Below, piece after piece: positions 50,370 to 61,319 of a DNA stretch of 64,000 nucleotides. Each line of letters opens with the position of its first letter. Position 1 is the first letter of the stretch. The DNA is from Lama guanicoe (taxonomy: Eukaryota). The notes beneath the pieces are model-generated. The model saw only the letters and a list, made by a program, of their open reading frames with translations, searched no databases and was not told the origin of the DNA. The DNA lies in contig MU056558.1 in NCBI GenBank assembly GCA_013239625.1, forward strand, positions 2,160,553 through 2,224,552, in the 5' to 3' direction. Both the position numbers and the translations under genes were made by a program.

Positions 50370-53357
50370 AGTCATTATTCCAAAGTTTTTTTATTTCAAA
50401 TTCATTGAAAGAAATAAAATTATATTTTAAAAAAATAGAGTAATCTCACAAACTGAGGAAAGCCAGGAACAAAAAGAACAAGGTAAGTACTTTTTCCTGA
50501 GAGGCAGCTCTAACAGCTGTAGAATGGACTTTCTTTCCTAGCTTTTGTCAAACAAAATTGTCTTCCTATTTCTAAGGCATCAAAAACACTGAGTACTTTA
50601 AAGGGGTTGTTTAGATACAAAGTCTCAAGACTTCTAATGGGGATTAAGAAACATCAAACGCTGCTACAATTTTCTTTCTTTTAATACCAAATATTAAATT
50701 ATACATACTTCTACTTCCTTATGTAAATTTGAGAATTTCACACTCAAGACCTGAATTTCAGAATTCTGGTCATATTTTATTAAAATCTTACTAATTCTTA
50801 TTAAGAATGTCCAAATTATCTGAGCTCACATCCCCTTAACTAAGAGGGGCCAGACAGCAGGAAGGGCTGTTCTGAACTCACCATCTGCAGCCAAAACCAG
50901 TCAGAAAGTACTCATCCTGGAAGACTCAGACGCAGCTAGGAATTTATACTAAAGCCTAATTCCTAAACCACTAGACCTACCAGCAAAGGCAGATCATATC
51001 CTAATGTGTAACCTAGAGAACAAAAGTTACAGAAGTCATTTCAGTTCCCAAAGCTCTAAACTTACCTATTCCCCATACTTGGTTACCCTCAATTTTATAC
51101 TGATAAATCTATCAAACTAAAAACTTTCATTCCCAAACACTTCAGTAAGATAGTCAAGACAATGGTTAACATTTTTACTCTATGCATAAGTGACTGCTTG
51201 TGCTAGTTTTGATTTGCTTAAGTAAAAGCTTGAATCAATTTTTCCAAAAGTTACAATCTTTTGTTATTTGAAATAATGGAGTACATACCTTATGATCTCC
51301 CTAAAGCTTCTTGTCCAAGAGTTAGGTCAATTCATATAATCGGTAACAATAAATTCTATGAGACATCAATTTCTGAAAGACATTCTTTAGTAAATAAGAG
51401 ATTAAAATGTCTGTAGCACCTCTTATAGATGCTTAAAGATTCAAGTGACCTAACTGCATCTTGAATGAGGTGCCATTTAAGAGTCAGTAGGATTCTGTGG
51501 GTATCTCCTCCATAGTTATTTAAAGCATCTATCAACCTACAAGTAGATCGATACTCCAAAGATGCTGGACTCTAACAGAAACCCCTACCCTGTCTCCTGG
51601 CTCTATAGGGAGTTAACACTTCTGGGACAGTAGCTCTTACAGAACAATACTGGGCTCCTGTCACGTGCAGAAGGGACTCTTGGCCTTTAATAATGACTTT
51701 GTTGAGTTGCAGGACACCATGATGTCTCCTCCCACCCAAAAGAAGGGCACAGACAGCACTCTTCCACCAACCAAAGGGTGCAACTTGACTTACATTGGTT
51801 ACATTGTCCCAGGTCCTAGTATTAAACAACGTGACCCAAAATGTTCAAATGAGATAACTGGTAACACAAACTTTTTAAATCATGTGACTCCGTCTCTTAT
51901 CACGAGCCCAGTCACCCCCCAAAAAAGAAAAACAGAAACACAGACATCAACAAACTTGAGCTAGATTTGTGCTTAAAAAAAAAAAGTCAACAAGGACAAT
52001 CAAAACTACCAACACAGATATATGCCAGACCCTAGAGATTCTTGTCTTTAGTGACTGCCATTTTTTTAGTCTCAACAAAAATGTCAATATCCTGAGTTTT
52101 ATCAGTGTTTTCTTGCTAAAATAATTTATGGGACATAAATGCATATAAATGAATAAAAAGTGGTACAAAAGTCTGGAAGAACAGCCCACTACTTAGAAAA
52201 AGCAATGTCACAAAAACAATATACAAAGATGTGTTTAAGTGAAATAAATTAAAGGTTAAACCTTACACTTTCAAGTTTTCTTAGACTATTATTTTGGAAA
52301 ATGGCAAAGTTGATGATGAATTTTTCTAATAATCAGTTGGTTAAGATCAAATACCAAATGATCCTTCACAAGAATTTTTGCTTCCAGAAACCAGGCCCCA
52401 ATGCAGTACATTTGATCACAGGAGAAACTACCAGCTGAAATTAATATTCAAACTCCTAATCTTGTATAGCCACAAACTGTTAAGAGGTTTTTGTTTACTA
52501 ACTTGGCTGTCCAAATAGTACATCAAAGAAAAAAACTGCTTACTTTACTAGCATCGGCAGAAACTAAAATTTGGTACACAAGTTTCTCTAAACCTCTGAG
52601 TTGGTTTTTTTTTTTTTAATGAAACAAAATAATGCCAATTCTATACCGAAAAGGTATCCCAAAAGTGTAATTCTAATATGCTTTGCTTTCATTTTTAAAA
52701 AACCTATTTGCTTCCTAAATGCTATTTACATTTTTAGGCCAACTGACTGCATACTGCTTTCAAAATGCATTGGGGTTTCCTTACTTCACTTGACATCGCT
52801 TTTCAAAAACTTGTATTTGTTGGGGAGAACAGTACTAATTATGCTAAAACAATGTTTAAGCTATACATAAAATCACTCCAAATTACAAAGTGATTGGTTT
52901 CTATAGCCCTAAGCATTTTTAATACATAATTTAGAAAAGTCACAAACAGATAAACATAGGCAACATTCAACTTTTCTTCAATTAACCACATCCGTTAAAA
53001 CCAAGAACCTCCTGCAAGGCTTGCCAGTTTCCCATTCCTTTTGTCAACCTAAAAAAGAAACGTTTCTTGGAAAGTCAGAGTTTATTAAGAATAATGAGGT
53101 CTAGGGCAATTTTTTTTAACCATATGCTTTAAAATTTCTTTTTATCCCCACAAAAATCCTTATTTAAAACCAGATATTCAAATTAAATGGCTAACATCTT
53201 TAGCTAATCAACTCTTCAGTGCTGATCCTAGAAAACAACCTTCAATGGATCTCTCAATAATGGAATAAGACAGTGTTCAGCCAATGATGCAAGGGGTGAA
53301 GGTAGTCACACCTTTAATGTTCAAGCCACAAGTTGTGAAGTTTGGAAGGGATGAGGT
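50370..53357 (-). other. CEBPG: CEBPG long AU-rich 3' UTR (about 3 kb; 3' end approximate)
   Basis: Continuous AT-rich, repeat-poor sequence from the stop codon to the distal poly(A) signal. Confidence 0.7.
50390..50395 (-). terminator. CEBPG: CEBPG distal polyadenylation signal AATAAA
   Basis: Forward tttatt. The minus strand continues into a GU/U-rich downstream element (tgtatttcattgtgggtttctttatgt), and the AT-rich UTR character ends here. Confidence 0.75.
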
Positions 53358-53804
53358 TTACTGTTCTGCATTATCAGAATTTGTCGTATTTTCAGTGCTA
53401 CTGGGTTGCACGTTATCTGCAAGGTTGTGTGCATGCTCAAGAAACAAATCTTTTAGTACACTTAATTCCTTAGTCAGTAATTTAATTTTTGCTTCCAACC
53501 GTTCATTCTCTTCTTTGAGCTGATTCACTCTCTGCAGCGTATCCTGCGCTTTCTGCTTGCTTTTCAACCGGCTCTTTTTCACAGCCATGTTGTTCCTCTC
53601 TCTGCGTTGACGGTACTCATCACTGTTTCGATCCATGGGCGAACTCTTTTTGCTCTGCTTGCTAGGAGGCACAGCTTTGCCTCCGCCCCCAGGGCCGGCA
53701 GGCACCAGCTGAGGAACCTGCTGCAAGCCGCTGGCATGAGCCTGAGTATGAATGACACTTCTTCCGTTCACTCCTGGAGTACTGTTCTGCGATATCTTGC
53801 TCAT
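53358..53804 (-). CDS. CEBPG: CCAAT/enhancer-binding protein gamma (bZIP), 148 aa, single coding exon
   Basis: MSKISQNSTPGVNG...DRNSDEYRQRRERNNMAVKKSRLKSKQKAQDTLQRVNQLKEENERLEAKIKLLTKELSVLKDLF...NAEQ*: C/EBP basic region plus leucine zipper. ATG at 53804, TAA at 53360-53358. The ORF-track start at 53894 is a GTG in the 5' UTR. Confidence 0.98.
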   Translation of the reverse strand: MSKISQNSTPGVNGRSVIHTQAHASGLQQVPQLVPAGPGGGGKAVPPSKQSKKSSPMDRNSDEYRQRRERNNMAVKKSRLKSKQKAQDTLQRVNQLKEENERLEAKIKLLTKELSVLKDLFLEHAHNLADNVQPSSTENTTNSDNAEQ

Positions 53805-53900
53805 TTGGGCACTCTCCCTTGTCAACACAGAACAGGCAGAAGTAAGGGCAAGGTGATCAATGGTTTCCACACTAAACTGCCAAGATATCTTCACATGTAC
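53805..53900 (-). other. CEBPG: CEBPG exon 2 5' UTR portion; splice acceptor AG at 53902-53901
   Basis: Minus strand reads tacaatttgtttttaactag|GTACATGTGAAG..., a U-rich tract plus AG 96 nt upstream of the ATG. Confidence 0.85.
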
Positions 53901-56507
53901 CTAGTTAAAAACAAATTGTATTAAAATATTTGAAATGACAAGATCAAATGAGATTAAACTTGCATGTACCTAACAGCAGGCAACATTAACTGATCATGTT
54001 GAGAAAAGTCTACAACTGCCAACTGTTCCAGTGTTTCAGAAGTCTAAGTCATTTAATTCAGAGAGGTAAGTCAGTACAGATGCGCCATAAAGCCAAATTC
54101 AACCCACCTGAATCCCTGAGGGTACTGCCCATCTGTGATTGTTAGCAAAAATGGGAGGGAAAAACAAAAGAATACCACTAATTACGTAGCACACATGAAC
54201 TAACAGCACCTGGCAATCTGCAAGAGAGAAATTTGAGATGTTTGGTATAACGACAGCAAAGGTAAGTTCAATTACGATAGGAGAGACACCTGCAATACAA
54301 GGGGAAGAAAGTTTCCACTGTTGGTTCAAGTCAAAATAGAAGGCTGACGCAGAGCAGCCAGCCTCAGTACTCATAAGGAATACTGCACTGTGGTCTCTGC
54401 GTGTTCCTTGTTCTAATATGCAGAATGTGAGTCATCAAGGACATACCTTTATGGGATACTTTGAAAAGGTGATTTTTTGCTTTATTTTTTTTAATGCCCT
54501 CAAATGACAGTTTACAGAGATTTCCTCCGTTAGTTGCTTAGACCACAGATTTCAGAGCTCTGAGATGCCCAGCTTGCTTCCCCATCCCATCGTGTTTCTA
54601 ATACTGTTTTTTGATTCTGGACATATTTAATTAACACATCTAGACACAGTCAACCTAAAGCTATAAGGAAAGAAAACAACCCAACGATGCATCCAGGGAA
54701 GTGCAAGCACCAGGACTCAGGCTAGACTACGAGACGGAGCAGCTGCAGCGCCTGCACCCACTTTACGTTGCTCAAGGAGCACAGAGGAAATGCCAGTTCT
54801 GAGGGGTTCCTGTAGTGTTGCCTGTAGAAATGAAGTCACAGTTTCAGGCACTAGTCATATCTGGATTACTATGAATCCAACTAGGTCGCTACAACGCCTC
54901 AACATGTGTCAGAAGCATACCTATCCTACCATCATGAGGCCACTTCAAGACAAACTGCTAAGCTGGGTGAACTGTGTCCACCAAGAAGTCACAGCACTCT
55001 CGAAAATTGAGACAGCAGTGTTATTATGTTCTCTTTCCACAAAACTGCTAAAACTACATCAGTGGGAAAAAACCTGTAACCAGCATTATGAATTGCCTCA
55101 AATGAGTACGTCTCAGAGTTCTTAAGAAAAGCCCAGCTGGTCAACACCAGTAGCTTCACCCAAACCTTTAACCAGGCATTTCGGTATAAACACTATTTAC
55201 TGGTCTGCTTTTTAAAAAATCTTTGCTTTTAAAAAGGCCATATAACATTGCTTTCAATTAGTTTTCAAGCCACACAGGCAGCCCTGAGCTAGTGGGTCAT
55301 CTGTTCTCACTCCAGCACTAAGGTGACACAGAAAGCTTCTTTCCAAATCATGATGGATATCTACTCCAAGTCTATCTTCAGTAATGAACATTTCACAATT
55401 TCCCTTGATAATTTATCACGCTGCCAATTTTTTTCTTCCAGTTAAAAGTGGCTGTTCAGTATTAATTTGAGCCACCCTTACCACTAATTGTTAGTGGCCC
55501 TCTACACTATTGCTTATCTGTTTGGTATAAAGTAAACTAAGTGTTTTACTCAGTTTTTAAGAACCTGTTTGATTTAACATCTCTCCTGGGACTGTCTCAA
55601 CAGTCATGATTAGGTTCATCTTATTCACCTTTTCTTATTTTTTCATATACCAATTATGTTTTTAATCCTTAGAGCTAATCTCTGGTAAACTCAGAGATAA
55701 CAATGATCCAAAGAGCGAACCAGTCAGCTCTTATCTTGGTTCAGGCTTCCCCCGTTTCACTCTGGACGCAGCCCCTCCCTCCGTAGGCCTCGATTTCCCA
55801 CTCCACAAATGAGGGACGTAAAATGATAAGATGCCTTCCGACGTTGACAATATACCATGGACTTTAGTCACTAAAAATTCTTATTACAGGCTCTAAATTA
55901 CGTTCATGCCCATTTTTGCTCCCAAAGATACTGGAACAGGGAAGCGCTCTTTTATTTCAGTCTGACTCATCTTGCCGAGGTATGAGGTTGAACACAGTAG
56001 GCAAGGTTCTGAAAATGAGTCCTCTGGCTCGTAAAACAAAGAGTAATCATCAAACTGGTAAAAATGTAAGAAAGGGAAACTTGGAAATAATTCCAAACAA
56101 AAAATTTTTTTTAAAACTTCCTCAACCAAACCCCAAGAAAGTAGCTCTTAAAGTGAAGAAATATCCACCAAGGCAAATGAACCAAGTAAAGGGGGTCAAA
56201 GAGCTAAGTGGTCTAAGACTTAACTTCAAACAGATTATCAATTTTGTTTTTACACTGAGCAAAATAGCTGCCTCCAAAAGTTACACATTTTACAGTTTAC
56301 ACAGTTATCCATGCTTTTGTTTCTTTCATAAACATTTACTGAATGGGCAAAAAAAGTTTATTTCAAATCTGGATATTCAACCATAAAGAAAATCTGGCTC
56401 CTACATGGACAAATACTATTCCAAAGTTCATTCTACAGGAAGCAGGGCGGCACCTTGTTTCCTTGCTGTGAATCATTCAAGCAGGAAGCAGGAGAAAAAC
56501 CGAAGAC

Positions 56508-56684
56508 CAGTAGTTCTCAAAGTGTGGCCCCTGGACCAGCAGCAGCAACATCACTTTGTTAGAAAGGCGAATTCTCAGCCTGCCCCAGGTCTAGCAATCA
56601 GGAGCTCTATGAATAGGACTGAGCAATCTGGTTTTAATGGGACCTTCAAGTGATTCTGATGACACTGAAGTTTCAGAGCCACTG
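56508..56684. mobile_element. MER5A non-autonomous hAT-Charlie DNA transposon fossil
   Basis: Terminal inverted repeats CAGTAGTTCTCAAA ... TTTCAGAGCCACTG; internal GGACCAGCAGCA, TTGTTAGAAA and GTGATTCTGATG blocks. Confidence 0.85.
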
Positions 56685-57059
56685 CTATAAATTAACCATG
56701 GATCTTAAGAAAGATGAGTAACAGAATGAGTAACACTTTTTAAATTCAAATTTCTTAATTCAAGTAATGTTCATTCAAATCAGCAACACACTAAAAACTG
56801 AGAACGTTAGAATAAGTAAAATCAAAATTTTCTCAAGTTTCCCTTGGAAAAATAAACTTCTGAAGGATTTTCCTAATCCTCTTTTTTTCACGTATGTACA
56901 ACCAGATATTCCCCATGTCCCCCAAAATAATTTAACTCAAATTTCCTCAGTGAAGGTCTACTCTCCAAAATATTCAGATACTTATTCCTTATACCAAATC
57001 TGTTCAATCACTGGTAGCTGACAGTTCTACCAACCCCCACAAAACACCTCACGTCCATC

Positions 57060-57490
57060 ACCCCTCTCCATCCCAAGGTCACAGAATTACCTTAGGCTGA
57101 CATCATCTCTCAGGGGCACAGTCTCCTCTGCCTTAGCAGTGTTCCCTCCAACCACTGTCCCCAGAGCCATCTAACACTCAAACCTGAGTGCGTCACACCC
57201 TCTTACTGGAAATTCCTCTGTGGCTCCAGCATACAGGATCATCCAAGGTGTTAATCCTCTCTCCCTCCAGCCCCTGCTCCCTTTCACATCACACTTCAAT
57301 ACTGAACCACTATCAGTCCCCTAAACAGTCTGCGCTTTCTCTTTTCTTTGTGCTTCTGTCCAGTTGTTCCCTAGTCAAAGCCAGCTCCATAGTGTGCTAA
57401 CCTATAGAATGAGCTGGAGACAGGACTCTGTCTTCAGCTCCACATGCCCAGCATCTAGGGGTGGTGCTCAAGAAATGTGTTGAATGAATA
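57060..57490 (+). mobile_element. L2 LINE remnant
   Basis: Pyrimidine-rich L2-like body ending ggtgctcaagaaatgtgttgaatgaat. Confidence 0.65.
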
Positions 57491-59575
57491 CAGGTTCAAA
57501 AGGATAAGAGAAAACATTGTTTTATAAATGTCTCAACATAAAAATGAGGATCCCTAACATTAAAATCTCTTAAAACAACCACAATTAAATCAAGAGTGTT
57601 ACTCCATATGGTTTTAATACCTAAAGTTTTTTGTCTTTCTTGAAGGTGTACAGGAAAAGAAAAACGCAGTTCCACTGGCTAGTTCTAGTCTCCAGTTTAT
57701 ACAGTGAACATCATTCTTGTCTGGTCTTTGCTTCATTTTAGTTGAGAACCTTTATTTTCCACTTTGCCCAGTTACGTTTTCCATAACCACAAGTTCTTAG
57801 GCATGTGTTGCCAGGGTCTGACAACTCTGTACTACAAGTGAAGTCAAGGTGAGCAGTCAAAGTTAATAAGCACCTAAATGAGCAGGATTTGTATTTATCT
57901 GCCACTGCAGACTGCATGACCCAAACAACCCTTCAAGGAGTACATAAGTGGTCCATGGGAGTATGAGAAGAAAATGTATGCTCATTTGTCCTTCTTAAAT
58001 GTCACTTTTTAATCTACTTTTGGTGTCATTTACAACACACACACACACAAATAGTACACACATACTGTTTATAAATATACATTTATCAGGGAGTCTTGCT
58101 CAATTCTTTCTCTTTTTAACTGACTGGTCTCCTGCCTTTTTGGCTTTCCAGACCTACGTAACTATCAGTACAAGAACCCATGGAAACACACCCTCCCAAG
58201 AATACATAATAAACCTGGAATTGCGGCCACCTGCATTTACCATTTCTGTGATCAGGTGAGGCAATCTTAGGCCATAATGCTAAGTTCAGCTCCATGAGGT
58301 CCTATTTATCTTTACCCAGGGCTCACCTGGTGCTGTTTAAATCCCTAGGGATGAAACCACCTCTTCAAGATCACACAACCATGCTGACAGTCATGATGTG
58401 CTCCTGAGAACTGAGAGGATATTCTGGAAAAAAATGAAGTTTTGCTTTCACCCATGTGTTTTAGGCAGATATTAAAATGACTAAATCAGCCAAATGCGCC
58501 TACCAGAAGCAGGAATCAATAAATTGAAAAATTCTTCAATTCACTAACATCTTGTAATTATTTAGCCTGGTTTACACTAAATTTTCCAAAACAGCAAATC
58601 AACTTCAAGAATAGCTTATCCCAAATACCACTCAAGTGGTAACAGTTGAACAGATTTTACCTTTTAAATATCAAGGACTTTTCGATGCACGATTTCTTGG
58701 TAAAGCAAGCCTTGACAGTATCTTATTTCAAAAATGTATTTAAGCGTCCCATATCCTATCTGAATTAACAGACAATCTCTTCAAATAAGGATCCAACTGA
58801 GTGTAGGCTGGGAGAGAGAACTAACAATTTTTGTGTAACCCACCAAACCCAATCTTTCTAAAAACTGACCCACTTTAAGATGGCAGATTACAGCATAAAC
58901 CTTAGACAAGAGGAAAGTCAAACAATTAAACCTTCTGAAGGATAAAAGCACACACGCTTACTTGGAAGACCAGATCATCCTTCCCCTCAAACATGCGTTT
59001 CCATCCTCTCCGTCTAGACACCTCTGCTGGCAATTTTCCTTACTGTGTTCCCTCCAAGCACGCTATCAAAGCACCTCATTTCTTGCCCTCCTCTTTTCTA
59101 TTCAACTCGTGGTTGCTGCACTTTCATCCAACGTAATTCCAACAGTAAACTATAGGATATACAAAGTACAGCTCCATTAATAAAAAAAGCACAATATTAT
59201 TTCCGTAAAGTATTTAAAAACCAAGTTTTTTTCTCTGACTACTTCTCTATTAATTCCTCAACAAGATTCCCGACTGCCCGACACCGGGCAGTTCTGGAGG
59301 GGCAGGAAATAATCCAGGTGGCACTCGAGTAAGATACGGTCCACCTTCTGCTATTCTGGGAACACCCTTTATCCCTAGGGGCCAATACGAGCCTGGCGTG
59401 TCACACTGCACGTTGCACAAACAGGGCCGGGTTCTGGAGGGGGCATAGCCGGCGCGCATCGCGTCCCCCGCCGGCAGAAGGGGCGCCGGGGGAGCGCGGG
59501 GGTCGGCGGGTGGCGCCGCGGCGCTGGACCGGCGCCAGGCATGAGCTCAGCAGCCCCGTCGGGGGTTGCCGGCAG

Positions 59576-59584
59576 GTTGCATCA
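59576..59584 (-). promoter_or_regulatory. C/EBP-ATF response element (CARE/AARE), TGATGCAAC on the minus strand
   Basis: Forward GTTGCATCA; exact match to the TGATGxAAx consensus, about 170 bp into CEBPG intron 1 within the CpG island. Confidence 0.6.
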
Positions 59585-59753
59585 GACGCCGCGCGGGGCC
59601 GCCGCCCGCGCCGCGGTTCGCGCGGGGCCTTCCCAGCGAGCCGGCCGCCTAGGGCCCGACCGGGTCTCCTTCGACACGGGCCGCGCCCACGCGAGCGGTC
59701 AGCAGCGCCGCGGCCTCCTCCTCCCACAGCCCGCCCGCCCGCGGCCTCCTTAC

Positions 59754-59940
59754 CTGCGCCTCCAGCCCGCCCGCCCCCAGGCGGCCTCCACTCCGAGCGG
59801 CCCCGCGCGGCACGGCCCGACCCTACCCAGGCCTCGCAGCCCGCGAGTCAGCGAGGAGGAGCGACGGTTACGAAACCCAAAGCCTCCGCCAGTTCCGCCG
59901 CCGCCGCCACCACCGGCTTCCCCTCCTCACCGGGGCCGCG
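59754..59940 (-). other. CEBPG: CEBPG non-coding exon 1 (5' end/TSS approximate)
   Basis: Strong donor GGCGCAG|GTAAGG at 59754/59753 inside the CpG island, just downstream of CCAAT and GC boxes. Fits the known two-exon structure of CEBPG. Confidence 0.75.
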
Positions 59941-61319
59941 CGCACCGCCGCTGCGGTCACGACCAATTGGAGCGCCTGCCTGCGGGGGACACGCCCTCCC
60001 CCCGCGACGGGCAGCGTCGTCAGCCAATCGTGGGCGACCTGGCAGCGGGAGGCGGGCACGTGGCGGAGGCGTTGCCCACGGCGCGGCAGGGCGGGCAGGA
60101 ACGGCTTGCCACTCTTGGCAGCGCCCGGGGTTCTTCCGCGGAGGGCGCGGGGCGGCACCCCAAACTGTGCGCAACCCGCCGCGAGAAAGGTTCTGTAAAA
60201 GTCGGAGGCGCTGGAGAACCGTAGCCTTGGGAAGGCAATACATTTCTTTGGAAAGCACAATTTCCTGAGATGATTTTTTTTTGAATCTCCGATTTCTGTT
60301 TTGGTTTCCTCACGTCCTCGGGGAGCCCCGCCTCGGCGTTGCTCACTGGGACAATTTCCCGGAATGGCCCCCAAGACTCGCCTCCCTGGTCGCGGCGACC
60401 GGGGCGCCCGATGGACGCCTCACCGCCGACAGCCCGCGCCCGTCCAGTGGGGCCTGGAGAGAAGTCTTGGATCGCAAGGCCGTGAAGGCAACTGCAAACT
60501 TGTGGAAAAACGAAGGAAGCAAAATTTTCCCAACGTAGGAGGAGTGTTGACTGTGGTTACGGGGAAGTGGACTGAATTTCCACGATCGATTCCCTTCTGC
60601 AGTCTTCGAGGTGAACAGATTGCGAGACGGGATCTCAAAAAGTGAATGGCAATCCAGTTTTATTTATCTGAGACAATTCACTGGAGGATCTGAAAGCGTA
60701 TTACAGCCAGGAAGCAGTGTGCTGGTTGGAGGCAGATAGGTTTGATTGTTTCCTCTTTAGCAATTCTTATCGTCCCAAAAATTGGAGTCTTTGAAAGAGG
60801 AAACGTTTCTTCATCACCTAGACCATGGCACCAGCTCTCTGCATGAGACTGTTTCGAGGAATCAGTAAAGTGATGATAAAACATTTCCAAAAAAAAAAAA
60901 AAGATATAAAAATAAAAAGGGCCGCGGCTAAAAGTGAACACGGATAACCATAGAAGCACACTTCATAGAATGACACATCACCAAAATCAGTATGTTTCTT
61001 TCACTTTGGCCCTCAGTGTTCTGAGTTGAAATTTCTTTGATCCAGACTTCAGCACTATTAAAACTGGGTTCCATGTTACTGCTCACAAAATCATAATTTT
61101 TCCCTCACCATTTCCTAATCACTTAAAAATGGGGGGTTGGGAGGAAACTATGGATATGTTCACTTATCCCCTGGTTTGTTTAACCACTCTGCCAAGGTGC
61201 TCCAGCATTCCCTACATCTGTCTGGGCAGGCCTTTTTTCACACTCAGCAGGTCTAATTAGTGCCAAGGAGACTAGACTATTATTTTCCTCTTCAGCTGGT
61301 AGCTGGCAATTCTTCCTTC

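Larger units (their letters stand above)
59390..60500. promoter_or_regulatory. CEBPG: CpG island / TATA-less CEBPG promoter
   Basis: Very high GC and CpG density against AT-rich flanks. Palindromic CCAATTGG 59963-59970, CCAAT 60024-60028, E-box CACGTG 60057-60062, GC box GGGGCGG 60149-60155. Confidence 0.9.

Noticed and set aside
53805-53894. ORF-track start giving a 178-aa CEBPG
   Set aside because: The start is a GTG in the 5' UTR; the canonical protein begins at ATG 53804. Kept only as a hypothesis in the findings.
59510-60268. Overlapping 136-252 aa ORFs on both strands
   Set aside because: Artefact of the CpG island; Arg/Pro/Ala-rich with no ATG-led coding signature.
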